From Saccharolobus islandicus REY15A (lineage in GTDB: Archaea; Thermoproteota; Thermoprotei_A; Sulfolobales; Sulfolobaceae), in NCBI RefSeq assembly GCF_000189555.1, contig NC_017276.1: a stretch of DNA of 64,000 nt; one strand, given 5' to 3'. Under the pieces are notes generated by a model, which was not told where the DNA came from, did not search any database, and worked only from the letters and a program-made list of their open reading frames with translations. Position 1 is the first letter of the stretch. Every line of letters begins with the position of its first letter. The position numbers and the translations under genes are program-made. Below are positions 1 to 9,891 of the stretch, one piece after another.

Positions 1-2
1 CT

Positions 3-968
3 GCAATAGCCCAAGAGGAAATATCTAGAGTTTGGGCCTCGTTATCTACGAGAGTATCTGTTGGAGGCCTATTCATGACTCCAATATTGCTTTTCGGTAA
101 TGAAGAACAGAAGAAAAAGTACGTTACTCCAGTGGCTAGAGGAGATAAAGTCGCAGCTTTTGCTAATACTGAACCAGCCGCTGGATCTGACGTTGCTGGA
201 ATACAAACAATTGCTAAAAAGATAAATGGTAAGTACGTTATTAATGGTAGAAAAATCTTTATCACCAATGGTGGGATAGCTGACTATTACGTAGTTACAG
301 CTAGGACATCACCCCCAGAGCCCAATGCCAGATGGAAAGGGATATCGATGTTCATAGTAGAAAGGGAATGGAAAGGAGTTAAGGTATTAAATAGAATTGA
401 GACTATGGGACTAAGGGCTTCAAACACTGCAGAGTTAGCCTTTGAGGATGTTGAAGTCCCCGCAGAAAATCTACTAGGAGAAGAGGGAAACGGGTTTAAG
501 TACGCAATGGCGACTTTTGATAGGACAAGGGTTGGTGTTGCCGCTCAAGGAGTTGGTGTTGCACAAGCCGCGCTAGAGAGAATGGTTACATATTCTACTC
601 AGAGGTTTGCTTTCCAGAGTCCATTGATAGGATTTCAGATGGTTCAAGAGAAGATAGCTGAATCGCTAACTGAAGTAAATACTGCAAGACTACTTACGTA
701 CTGGGCAGCTAGTTTATTTGATCGTGGTCTTGAGAATGAGGCTATAGTAGCAGCATCAATGGCGAAATTGTACGCAACAGATATTGCAGAGAAGGTTGCA
801 ATTAGGGCAATAACTGTTCATGGTGGATATGGTGTAGCTACTTCTACTGGTGTAGAGAGATTGTTGAGAGATGTTGAGGTAATGAGAATATATGAAGGTG
901 CTAACGATATTCAAAAACTAGTTATATTAAGGGAAACTGCGAGAAGACTCCTCGGAATTAAGATGTAA
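3..968 (+). CDS. Acyl-CoA dehydrogenase (5'-partial; ORF runs off the window start)
   Basis: Motifs AFANTEPAAGSD, VINGRKIFITNG, IYEGANDIQ. The frame is open upstream of the ORF-track ATG at 75 (AIAQEEISRVWASLSTRVSVGGLF from position 3), so the true start is outside the window. Confidence 0.93.
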   Translation, partial: AIAQEEISRVWASLSTRVSVGGLFMTPILLFGNEEQKKKYVTPVARGDKVAAFANTEPAAGSDVAGIQTIAKKINGKYVINGRKIFITNGGIADYYVVTARTSPPEPNARWKGISMFIVEREWKGVKVLNRIETMGLRASNTAELAFEDVEVPAENLLGEEGNGFKYAMATFDRTRVGVAAQGVGVAQAALERMVTYSTQRFAFQSPLIGFQMVQEKIAESLTEVNTARLLTYWAASLFDRGLENEAIVAASMAKLYATDIAEKVAIRAITVHGGYGVATSTGVERLLRDVEVMRIYEGANDIQKLVILRETARRLLGIKM

Positions 969-1002
969 AATTTTTTATAGTTGTTTTTCTAAGTATTATA
1001 AC

Positions 1003-2616
1003 ATGAATAGCGAATATTACGAGTACCAATTAACAATAGATAAGATATTAGATTCTGGTTCTAGAAGTTTTTCAGATAGAGAAATAGTATACAGAGATAT
1101 TAGACGATATACCTTTAGATCTTTCGCAAATTCTGTAAAAAGGTTAGCAAATGGATTAAGAAAGATAGGAGTTAAGAAAGGGGAAAAGATAGGAGTTATA
1201 GATTGGGATACTGATGTCTATATGCATAATTATTATGCAATACCAATGTTAGGCGCAGTGCTACACACGGTAAATATCAGATATCCCTTGGAGTTAATAG
1301 CAAAGACAATATTACACGCAGAGGATAGGTATTTAGTAGTAAGAGACGAGTTCATGCCACTTATTGAAAAAGCAAAGGGAATAATGCCTGTGGGAATGAA
1401 AGTGATATCCTATAGTGATTCTAAGGAAAAGGTGAGAAGCCCATTAGATACAATAGATTTTTGGGAATTGATTGAGTCAAATGAGCCATCGGAAGAGGAG
1501 ATTAACGTTAATGAAAGCGATATGGCAACGATCTTTTACACTTCTGGTACTACTGGAGAACCAAAGGGCGTATGGTTTAATCATAGGAAAATAGTATTAC
1601 ATGCAATGAGCGTAAGCCTAGTTGGTGCTAGACCCCCATTAAGCTTGACATCAAACGACGTATATATGATCCTAGTACCAATGTTCCACGTGCACGCTTG
1701 GGGATATCCATATGTAGCACTGATGGCAGGAGTTAAATACGTTTTACCCGGTAAATACGATTACAGTTTTATACTAAGGTTAATGGATAAGGAGAACGTA
1801 ACATATTCAGCCATGGTACCAACTATACTGTATCTATTGCTAACAAACCCAGATGCTCCTAAATACCTTCACGTATTCAAAAGATGGAAAGTTACAATAG
1901 GAGGTTCCGCTCTACCAGAAGGATTAGCCAAAAAGGCGAAAGAATTAGGTATTACTGTAATAGGAGGATATGGGTTATCTGAAACTTGCCCAGTATTGTC
2001 AGTCGGTTATTATAACTCTGCAATTGAAGGATTGGACGACAACACTAAATTTATGGAACAAATAACTGCCGGGGCACCAATTCCTTTAGTTCAAATTAAA
2101 ATTGTCGATCCAGCTACTGGAAAGGAAAAGGAGACTGGTAAGATAGGGGAAATAGTAGTTAGAGCACCGTGGTTAACTCAAGAGTATTATAAGGATCCAG
2201 AAAAGACTAAGGCATTATGGAAGGGAGGATGGTTACACACCGGTGACTTAGCCTACATGGACCAGTACGGATATATACATATAGTTGATAGAGAGAAGGA
2301 CGCAATAAAGAGCGGTGGAGAATTCATTCCTTCACTACTCTTAGAGAACGCCATATCATTACATCCCAAGGTGTCTCAAGTTGCAGTAGTTGGAATTAAG
2401 GACGAGAAATGGGGAGAAAGACCAGCTGCATTCATAGTTCCGAAAGAGCAAGTGTCAGAAGAGGAAATAAGGCAATTCCTATTGAAACTTGCGGACGAGG
2501 GTAAAATTCAAAAGTGGTGGATTCCAGATAGATTTATATTCATAAGTTCCATGCCACTAACTTCAACCAATAAGATAGATAAAAAGGTACTTAGAGACAT
2601 GACACAAACTAAATAA
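1003..2616 (+). CDS. AlkK/ttLC-FACS-type medium/long-chain acyl-CoA synthetase (AMP-forming)
   Basis: YTSGTTGEPKG AMP-binding loop, MFHVHAWG.PY, YGLSET, WLHTGD, IKSGGE. Confidence 0.92.
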   Translation: MNSEYYEYQLTIDKILDSGSRSFSDREIVYRDIRRYTFRSFANSVKRLANGLRKIGVKKGEKIGVIDWDTDVYMHNYYAIPMLGAVLHTVNIRYPLELIAKTILHAEDRYLVVRDEFMPLIEKAKGIMPVGMKVISYSDSKEKVRSPLDTIDFWELIESNEPSEEEINVNESDMATIFYTSGTTGEPKGVWFNHRKIVLHAMSVSLVGARPPLSLTSNDVYMILVPMFHVHAWGYPYVALMAGVKYVLPGKYDYSFILRLMDKENVTYSAMVPTILYLLLTNPDAPKYLHVFKRWKVTIGGSALPEGLAKKAKELGITVIGGYGLSETCPVLSVGYYNSAIEGLDDNTKFMEQITAGAPIPLVQIKIVDPATGKEKETGKIGEIVVRAPWLTQEYYKDPEKTKALWKGGWLHTGDLAYMDQYGYIHIVDREKDAIKSGGEFIPSLLLENAISLHPKVSQVAVVGIKDEKWGERPAAFIVPKEQVSEEEIRQFLLKLADEGKIQKWWIPDRFIFISSMPLTSTNKIDKKVLRDMTQTK

Positions 2617-2639
2617 ACTATCAAGTGGTAGATTAAAGT

Positions 2640-3827
2640 ATGAGAAATGTAGCAATTATCGGAACTGGACACACCAAATTCGGGGTAAGGACAGATGTTA
2701 ATTTGCAAGAACTAGCATGGGAAGCTGTTAAACAAGCTCTTGAAGAAGCAAACATAGATCAAAATGAAATACAATACTTCGTTGTTGGTAATGTAGGGAA
2801 TTGGAGTTCCGAGGAATTACCAGCAGTAATAGTAGGGGAGTATTGTAACCTAACACCAAAGGGGACTATGAGAGTTGAGGCAGCATGTTCCACTGGAAGC
2901 GCAGCAATAAGAGATGCCTATCTAGCAATTAAATCTGGTGAAGCAGATATAGCACTAGTCGTAGGAGTAGAACAAATGCATCAAGCACCTAATCCCCAAG
3001 TAGTTGAACTAATTGGCAGGGCTGGGGGTTATTTCTGGGAGTTTGAGAACTTTGGGCTTACCTTCCCAGGATATTACGCACTTCACGCCTCCGCATATAT
3101 GGCTAAATATGGTATGAAAGAGGAAGACTTAGGAAAGATCGCCATTAAGAATCATTATTATGGGGCTAAGAACCCTTATGCACAATTTCAAAAGGAAATA
3201 ACTATGGAGGAATATTTGAAGTCCAAACCAGTTGCTTATCCCTTGAAGCTTCTGGACTCCTCTCCAATTACTGACGGTGCTGCTGCAATAGTCTTAGCAT
3301 CTGAGGAAGTTGCTAAAAAGATAACTGATTCTCCAGTATGGATAGTATCACAAGGAGTTGCTAGTGGCACTGCAAACTTGAGTAGGAGAACTGACTTCAC
3401 ACATATAGAAGCAGCTCACATTGCAGCACAGCAAGCGTATAAGAGAGCTAGAATAGAATTCGATAACGCATGGAAGAACTTCGACGTAGCAGATGTGCAT
3501 GATTGTTTCACAATAGCGGAAATAATGGCATATGAAGATTTAGGATTCGCAAAAAGAGGTGAGGGATACCTATTGGCAAGAGAAGAACAAACATACATAG
3601 GAGGGAAAATACCAGTAAACGTTGATGGAGGGTTGAAAGCAAAGGGACACCCAATAGGGGCAACTGGGGTAAGTATGGCAGTATCAATAACAAGACAGTT
3701 ATTATACAGAGCACATAAGGGAACACAAGTGGAAGTTAGGAACGGGATGGGAATAACGCACAACGTGGGAGGAACTGGACATTACGCATACGTAACAATA
3801 TACTCAACTAGGAGGCCATCTACATGA
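2640..3827 (+). CDS. Archaeal thiolase (acetyl-CoA C-acyltransferase, SCP2-like)
   Basis: VEAACSTG active Cys, DVHDCFTIAE, GLKAKGHPIGATG, HNVGG. Confidence 0.92.
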   Translation: MRNVAIIGTGHTKFGVRTDVNLQELAWEAVKQALEEANIDQNEIQYFVVGNVGNWSSEELPAVIVGEYCNLTPKGTMRVEAACSTGSAAIRDAYLAIKSGEADIALVVGVEQMHQAPNPQVVELIGRAGGYFWEFENFGLTFPGYYALHASAYMAKYGMKEEDLGKIAIKNHYYGAKNPYAQFQKEITMEEYLKSKPVAYPLKLLDSSPITDGAAAIVLASEEVAKKITDSPVWIVSQGVASGTANLSRRTDFTHIEAAHIAAQQAYKRARIEFDNAWKNFDVADVHDCFTIAEIMAYEDLGFAKRGEGYLLAREEQTYIGGKIPVNVDGGLKAKGHPIGATGVSMAVSITRQLLYRAHKGTQVEVRNGMGITHNVGGTGHYAYVTIYSTRRPST

Positions 3828-4360
3828 GTCTAAATGAAATAAGGGATAAGATGCAAAAGGAAATTTCCCAATCACTGTTGATGCTTGATAACGCGATAAA
3901 GACAACTAAATTACCAATAGTGAATGAACAAAAGACTAATAACCCCCTTTGGATTGACGTAAGGGAGATTGACCTAAGGTATCAAATTCCAGTTAAAAGG
4001 ATATTCAAATTCTTTGAGGGATTAAGGGAGGGTAAAATTCTAGCCACGAAATGTCCAAAGTGTGGCTCAATATATTTTCCGCCTCAAGATGATTGTCCAA
4101 AATGCAAAATATCAAATTTAGAATGGATTGAAATGCCTAAGGAAGGTGAAATTGTGGCATATACCGTAGTTAACGTCAAACCTCCCTCATTCTCTCACTA
4201 TCAAGATTATATAGTGGGTATAGCTAGGATGAGTAATGGAGTAAATGTTCTAGGCTGGGTAAGGGCTAAGGAAGTTAGAGTCAGGATGAAGGTTAAACTT
4301 GAGGTTATTGAGAGGAAACCAGAAGGATATCTAACTTATGAACTGGTTCCAGTAGGTTGA
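3824..4360 (+). CDS. DUF35 Zn-ribbon/OB-fold thiolase partner protein
   Basis: CPKC...CPKC zinc ribbon plus OB fold; overlaps the thiolase stop by 4 nt, the usual thiolase-DUF35 pairing. Confidence 0.88.
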   Translation: MSLNEIRDKMQKEISQSLLMLDNAIKTTKLPIVNEQKTNNPLWIDVREIDLRYQIPVKRIFKFFEGLREGKILATKCPKCGSIYFPPQDDCPKCKISNLEWIEMPKEGEIVAYTVVNVKPPSFSHYQDYIVGIARMSNGVNVLGWVRAKEVRVRMKVKLEVIERKPEGYLTYELVPVG

Positions 4361-4366
4361 AATTTC

Positions 4367-5479
4367 ATGATAAGAAATGTATTGGTAGTTGGAGCAGGGA
4401 CAATGGGCCACGGAATTGCCGAAGTTTCAGCCATAGCTGGGTATAACGTTTATCTGAGTGATGTATCTAAAGATATATTGAATAACGCAATACAGAAGGT
4501 CAAGTGGAGTTTGGAGAAATTATATGAAAAAGGTAACTTAAAGGAAAGTGTTGAGGACGTTTTAGGAAGAATTAAAACCATAGAAGGGTTATCGAATGAG
4601 TTAAGGGAAATTGATATATCAATAGAAGCAATACCAGAGAAATTGGATTTAAAGAGACAACTATTTTCTAAGCTTGAGGAACTATTACCCAATAATGCGA
4701 TATTGGCTACTAATACTAGTAGCTTACCAATTACGGAAATTGCTTCTGCTGTAAAAAGGCAAGAAAGGGTTATAGGAACTCACTTCTTTAATCCCCCAGT
4801 GTTAATGCAGTTAGTGGAGATAATAAGGGGAAGTAAAACTTCAGACGACACTGTTAAACAGACTTATGAATTCATTAAATCCCTTAGAAAGATACCAATA
4901 ATGGTTAATAAGGACGTACCGGGATTTGTAGTTAACAGAATATTATTGAGGATTATCACCACAGCTTGCATGCTTGTTGAAAAGGGGATTTGTGAATATA
5001 CTGCGATAGACGCAGTAGCTAGATATAAATTGGGATTTCCAATGGGAATTTTTGAACTTGTGGATTACACTGGTGTGGATGTTAACTATTACGTAAGCTC
5101 TGCAATGATGGAAAGGGGATTTAAGGCCTATCCGTGTAAGACACTAGAGGAGATGACAAAAAAGGGAGATCTCGGCGTAAAGAGCGGAAAAGGGTTCTAT
5201 ACTTATCCATCAAATAAGTATATTAAGCCTAATTTACCTCCACAACTAGCTGAAAAAATAAATCCGTTATACATTATAGCTCCTGCGATAAGTGAGGCAA
5301 ATTGGATGGTTAAAAACGGAATTGCAAGCAAGGAAGATATTGACCTAGGTGTCAGATTAGGATTAAGCTTTCCTAAAGGCATTTTCGATTACGAAAGGGA
5401 GTTTGGAAGAGAAAGTGTAACTAAGGCCTTAGAAGACTTGAGGAGAATTTCTAGTATGGAAGAGTATTTACCGGAATAA
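4367..5479 (+). CDS. 3-hydroxyacyl-CoA dehydrogenase
   Basis: GAGTMGHG Rossmann motif, EAIPEKLDLK, TNTSSL, THFFNP, PGFVVNR, KGDLGVKSGKGFY. Confidence 0.92.
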   Translation: MIRNVLVVGAGTMGHGIAEVSAIAGYNVYLSDVSKDILNNAIQKVKWSLEKLYEKGNLKESVEDVLGRIKTIEGLSNELREIDISIEAIPEKLDLKRQLFSKLEELLPNNAILATNTSSLPITEIASAVKRQERVIGTHFFNPPVLMQLVEIIRGSKTSDDTVKQTYEFIKSLRKIPIMVNKDVPGFVVNRILLRIITTACMLVEKGICEYTAIDAVARYKLGFPMGIFELVDYTGVDVNYYVSSAMMERGFKAYPCKTLEEMTKKGDLGVKSGKGFYTYPSNKYIKPNLPPQLAEKINPLYIIAPAISEANWMVKNGIASKEDIDLGVRLGLSFPKGIFDYEREFGRESVTKALEDLRRISSMEEYLPE

Positions 5480-5486
5480 AAAATGG

Positions 5487-5951
5487 TTAAATTTTCTTAA
5501 TGAATTCACAATATATTTCTCTGAATCCCATTTTTCTATAGAACGAAATTGCTATTAAATTTCTAGAAGGGAATTCAGCTCCTAGTATCTCTATTCCCCT
5601 CTCTTTCAACTCGCTTATTATGAAATTTACTATCTCATTACCTACTCCCTGCCTTCTGTATGAAGGATGTACGTAAAACTCCCTAATTAATGCTTCCTTT
5701 TCCGGTGTATAAAATATCCTATCTATTATTAAAACCCTGGCAGTGCCAACTATCCTACCTTGATCTTCCGCTACTACTATCATCTCATTTTGATCTTCAA
5801 GACTCTTCTCTACCACTTTGTTAATCCTTTCCTCCAAATTCTCTGGAGTCAATAGTAGTGGATCGAATTCGCTGTTTAACCTATACATCCTACTGAAAAA
5901 ATCTATTAACGTTTTGACGTCCTCTTTAGTAGCCCTCCTTATGGTGACCAT
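5487..5951 (-). CDS. GNAT family N-acetyltransferase
   Basis: [13 protein letters not shown] acetyl-CoA-binding motif; [11 protein letters not shown]. Confidence 0.88.
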   Translation of the reverse strand: MVTIRRATKEDVKTLIDFFSRMYRLNSEFDPLLLTPENLEERINKVVEKSLEDQNEMIVVAEDQGRIVGTARVLIIDRIFYTPEKEALIREFYVHPSYRRQGVGNEIVNFIISELKERGIEILGAEFPSRNLIAISFYRKMGFREIYCEFIKKI

Positions 5952-7237
5952 GTGGATATCACCAAATTCATTATCTTCCTAGCCCTTAATATTCTCTCCT
6001 TAGCGATTTCCCTGAACTCTTCTCTACTCTTTTTAACTCTAGCTAACCCTAATTCTACTGCCTTACTAGCCACTGCTGCTGCTTCCTCATAAAACGCCTC
6101 CCATTCATCCATTCTAGGTATTATGTAGTTCTCATTTATCCCCTTATCCCTAGCGTATTTAGCTAGAGCTTCAGAGGCTGCAATCGTCATCTCATCTGTT
6201 ATCGCCTTTGCTCTACTATCTAAAACTCCCCTAAATATTGCAGGGAAAATTAGGGAGTTATTAACTTGGTTAGGGAAATCACTTCTACCCGTTGCAACAA
6301 TCTTCGCTCCTGCCTCCTTAGCGTCTTGCGGCCATATCTCTGGAACTGGATTGGCTAAGGCAAATACTATTGCGTCCTTATTCATCAGACTTATCCATTC
6401 CTTCTTTATTACATTTGGACCTGGAGTAGATGCCGCAACTACTGCATCTGCGCCACTAAACGCGTCCTTTATCTCCTTAGCTTCCCATTTATTCGTCTTT
6501 ATAGCCAATTCGTACTTCCACTTATGATATAACATTAAGTGATCTACGTCCTCTCTATCAGCATACAATGGACCTTTGCTATCAATCATTACAATATTTT
6601 CGTATTTGAATCCATATTTAGCTAAAATTCTAGCTGCTGCAATATTTGATGCTCCAGCTCCGTAAAATACGACTTTACTTTCCTTAGGGTCTTTATTGGT
6701 TAATATCATCGCATTAATCAACCCTGCTAGGATAGCTGCCGCAGTACCTTGTTGATCATCATGCCATACTGGAATATTCAACATGGATTGCAATTTTTCC
6801 AGAATATAGAAACACTTTGGTGACTCAATATCTTCAAGATTAATCCCGCCAAAGGACGTTTCCAGAGCTTTTACAACATTTGTGAACTCATCTGCACTCT
6901 TTACGTTAATTGGCAAAGGTATTGCGTCAACTCCTCCTAAGTATTTGAACAATAGAGATTTCCCTTCCATCACTGGCATTGCTGCAGTTGGGCCAATATT
7001 TCCTAATCCCAAAACCCTAGTTCCGTCTGTTACTACTGCTATCGTGTTCCACCTACTTGTTAACTCAAAGCTCTTATCCGGATCCTTATAAATCGCCTTA
7101 GATACCTCAGCAACACCTGGGGTGTATATGAGAGCGAAATCGTTATAAGAGGTGATAGGAACTTTCGGATATATCTCAATTTTTCCCTCGTATTTCCTTG
7201 ACAGTTCTACAGCATCAACCATGAAAAAATATATCAT
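5939..7237 (-). CDS. NAD(P)-dependent malic enzyme (probable start 7222, MVDAVELS)
   Basis: [52 protein letters not shown]. Confidence 0.93.
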   Translation of the reverse strand: MIYFFMVDAVELSRKYEGKIEIYPKVPITSYNDFALIYTPGVAEVSKAIYKDPDKSFELTSRWNTIAVVTDGTRVLGLGNIGPTAAMPVMEGKSLLFKYLGGVDAIPLPINVKSADEFTNVVKALETSFGGINLEDIESPKCFYILEKLQSMLNIPVWHDDQQGTAAAILAGLINAMILTNKDPKESKVVFYGAGASNIAAARILAKYGFKYENIVMIDSKGPLYADREDVDHLMLYHKWKYELAIKTNKWEAKEIKDAFSGADAVVAASTPGPNVIKKEWISLMNKDAIVFALANPVPEIWPQDAKEAGAKIVATGRSDFPNQVNNSLIFPAIFRGVLDSRAKAITDEMTIAASEALAKYARDKGINENYIIPRMDEWEAFYEEAAAVASKAVELGLARVKKSREEFREIAKERILRARKIMNLVISTWSP

Positions 7238-7309
7238 AAAACAAATTTATAAATGAATACGCTGACTTTTGTTAGGTAACTTTAAAGTTTACTCCCAAAC
7301 ATTTAGCAC

Positions 7310-8134
7310 GTGAAAATATTAAAATACCTGCTACCTTATGTAACGATAACGTCATTTAACTACTACTTCGCAAAGGATGCTATAACGTTTTCATCACCTA
7401 TCTTTTTCAATCTCATTAGGTATGTTATCTCTTCTATTATATTTTTATCAATTAGTAGGGGAAAGATTATCTTTAACAGAGACGTAATACAATTGGCAGT
7501 TTACACTACAGTATCATCATTATTATGGGCGTATGGTTTACTTTATGTAAGCCCAGCTGAGTCAGCTGTGCTAAGCTATACAATGCCCTTGTTTTCAATA
7601 CCCATTTCCTTTATCATCTTATTGGAAAGACCCGCGGTACTTGAGATTGTTGGAGTAGTAATAGGTTTCTCAGGCGTAATTTTATACGGTTTACCATTGG
7701 TTCATGGTCTTACACTATTTGGTTCAATTATAACTATCGTCAATGCCCTATTTTGGGGGTTATTTACAGTTTTCTACAGAAAATTAAAGGGTTACGATCC
7801 TATAACAGTAAATGCAAGTCAATTCTCGATAGGTAGCATAATCCTAGCATTACTACTCCCAATACACCATAACATTGATCCAAACCCAGAATTTTATATA
7901 GGAATCGCGTATACTTCAACTTTAGGTGGGGCCATTTCCTTCTTCCTTTGGAACATGATGGTTAAGGCTGAGAAGATACCTAAGGTAACAGTTCTCAGCT
8001 TCTCTGTGCCTATTCTAACTACTCTAGTAGAGTTCCTACTGTACCACGTTTTACCTTTTCCTATACAGTTATTCGGCATTTTCTTGATGTTTTTGGGAAT
8101 TTTAATCTCTAGATCAAGAACATTATTAAGTTAA
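7310..8134 (+). CDS. EamA/DMT family transporter
   Basis: About 10 hydrophobic segments in two EamA-like repeats (AESAVLSYTMPLF). Confidence 0.8.
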   Translation: MKILKYLLPYVTITSFNYYFAKDAITFSSPIFFNLIRYVISSIIFLSISRGKIIFNRDVIQLAVYTTVSSLLWAYGLLYVSPAESAVLSYTMPLFSIPISFIILLERPAVLEIVGVVIGFSGVILYGLPLVHGLTLFGSIITIVNALFWGLFTVFYRKLKGYDPITVNASQFSIGSIILALLLPIHHNIDPNPEFYIGIAYTSTLGGAISFFLWNMMVKAEKIPKVTVLSFSVPILTTLVEFLLYHVLPFPIQLFGIFLMFLGILISRSRTLLS

Positions 8135-8144
8135 ACTTTTTAAT

Positions 8145-8498
8145 GTGATTTTAAAAGATGAAAATATGGCAAAAGTTCTCTTCTTAATAATGTCTGGAGA
8201 CGAGAAGTTCGATCTAGCAATGAGAATGGCTTATAACTCAGTGAAAAATAAGAGATATGAAGACGTTAAAGTGATATATTTCGGACCAAGTCAGAAGAAA
8301 TTAACACAATTGGATGGCGATATGAAAAACATGTTCCAAGAGCTCCTTCAAAATAAAATAGTAGACTCTGCTTGCATAGGAGTTGCGCAGGCAATGAACA
8401 TAAAGCCACATCTAGAGAATTTAGGAGTGTCATTGATGCCAGCCGGTGAGAGAGTATCCTATTACGTCAATCAAGGATATGAGGTAATAACGTTTTGA
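8145..8498 (+). CDS. DsrE/DsrF-like protein
   Basis: VKVIYFGPSQ strand, conserved SAC Cys, C-terminal GYEVITF typical of the DsrE fold. Confidence 0.7.
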   Translation: MILKDENMAKVLFLIMSGDEKFDLAMRMAYNSVKNKRYEDVKVIYFGPSQKKLTQLDGDMKNMFQELLQNKIVDSACIGVAQAMNIKPHLENLGVSLMPAGERVSYYVNQGYEVITF

Positions 8499-8836
8499 AC
8501 ATATGGCTAGTTAGTGCTGGAATAGCTATTTTACAAACACTTTTAGGAAATATAATCGTTTTTTACAACTCTCCTTATCTATTGCTACTTCACGTCTTTG
8601 TTGCAATTATACTTTTAGCACTAGCGATCTATGGATATTTTAGGGTAAAACTACAAATGGAAAAGAGAATCCTTGCAGGAAATATTGGATTGATAGTGAT
8701 TACTGGCGCATTAGGGTATCTATATACCATAAACGCTTCTCCAATAATCTCCATAATTCATCTCCTTTTGGCAATTGGAATCGTATCTAATTTTTCACTA
8801 CTTTATGGATTTGAGAGAGGACAAAAATATAAGTAG
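8495..8836 (+). CDS. Small 4-TM hypothetical membrane protein
   Basis: TTG start overlaps the dsrE-like stop; four hydrophobic helices, with His in TM2 and TM4 (LLLLHVFV, SIIHLLL). Confidence 0.65.
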   Translation: MNIWLVSAGIAILQTLLGNIIVFYNSPYLLLLHVFVAIILLALAIYGYFRVKLQMEKRILAGNIGLIVITGALGYLYTINASPIISIIHLLLAIGIVSNFSLLYGFERGQKYK

Positions 8837-8893
8837 ATATAATTCACTTACAAACAAACAAATCAATTTATAAGTAACTAAACTTAATATTAT

Positions 8894-9208
8894 TTGATGC
8901 TATTCCTTCTATGGTTTAAGATAAAACAACCAACTAATATAACGCAAAAGCAGTTAATGGAAATATGGAAAAGGGAAGCTGAGGCAGCAATGCCAGCAGT
9001 TAAGGCTGGGAAGATAAAGGGTTTGTATAAGGTAACTGGAAGAAGAGAGGTTGTAGCAATAATAGATGTTAACTCTCATGAGGAATTAGACGAGATTTTA
9101 GAGACCCTACCAATAGTTAAGGAGCTCGGTCATTCACTAACAATAGAAGTAACCGCAATTCATCCTTATGAAAACTTTTATGAACTAATGAAAAAATTAC
9201 TACAATAA
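8894..9208 (+). CDS. Muconolactone delta-isomerase-like protein
   Basis: About 100 aa with E.E.A..., GKI..LYKV.G...V.AI.DV.SHEELDEILETLP, matching the MIase/CatC fold pattern. Confidence 0.65.
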   Translation: MMLFLLWFKIKQPTNITQKQLMEIWKREAEAAMPAVKAGKIKGLYKVTGRREVVAIIDVNSHEELDEILETLPIVKELGHSLTIEVTAIHPYENFYELMKKLLQ

Positions 9209-9237
9209 GATTCGAGTTAAAAAATGTAAATAATTTT

Positions 9238-9816
9238 TTATTTCATTATTGGTCTTCCTACTGGAGGACTCTTGCCTAAGCTCTCAGCTACTACAATAGC
9301 TAGTCCAGTATACCAGGCTGCAATTGCCGTTAATATTCCTACATATCCACCGGCATGGGATAATCCAACATTTCCAGTCATAGCTCCCACTCCAAGTAGG
9401 AAGAACGTTATCCACAGTAATAAAAATGTCATGAATAATCCTAGATTTGCCTTAAACGTGCCAAACCACATTGCTAGCGTAAAGATTCCAAACGCAATTA
9501 ATACCAGGCCTATAGCTTGAGGTGTGACTCCTCCAAAGAATCCTCCCGCAGTAAGGAAATACCACTCCCAAAATGCACCATAAGTAAAGAAGGCTGTATA
9601 GCCAAAAGTGTTCCCTGCCCTCCATTCCAATATTCCGGCTAATAGCTGAGCCAATCCTCCATAAAACGCCGCTAATCCCAACACCACAGATGCCCCTTGT
9701 GTTATTAACCCTGCATTGAAGGTAGATAACACGAGTGTAGTTAGTGCGAAACCAGAAAGTCCTAAGGGGGCTGGATTTGCCCTTTTTTGTTCTGTCATGA
9801 CATTTTTATATAGCAA
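9238..9816 (-). CDS. Acetate uptake transporter (SatP/YaaH/GPR1-FUN34 family)
   Basis: N-terminal NPAPLGL signature, [16 protein letters not shown]; 6 TM; divergent from acs. Confidence 0.9.
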   Translation of the reverse strand: MLYKNVMTEQKRANPAPLGLSGFALTTLVLSTFNAGLITQGASVVLGLAAFYGGLAQLLAGILEWRAGNTFGYTAFFTYGAFWEWYFLTAGGFFGGVTPQAIGLVLIAFGIFTLAMWFGTFKANLGLFMTFLLLWITFFLLGVGAMTGNVGLSHAGGYVGILTAIAAWYTGLAIVVAESLGKSPPVGRPIMK

Positions 9817-9891
9817 TAATATACTTATAAAGTTTATTACCTTACAGTATTCTACTTAACATTTATTACCTAGAATTCCATTATATAGCAT

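Noticed and set aside
5460-5500. Premature truncation of the 3-hydroxyacyl-CoA dehydrogenase (PE*KMVKFS*)
   Set aside because: Only a few residues could be missing before the convergent GNAT gene; it cannot be distinguished from a natural end without alignment.
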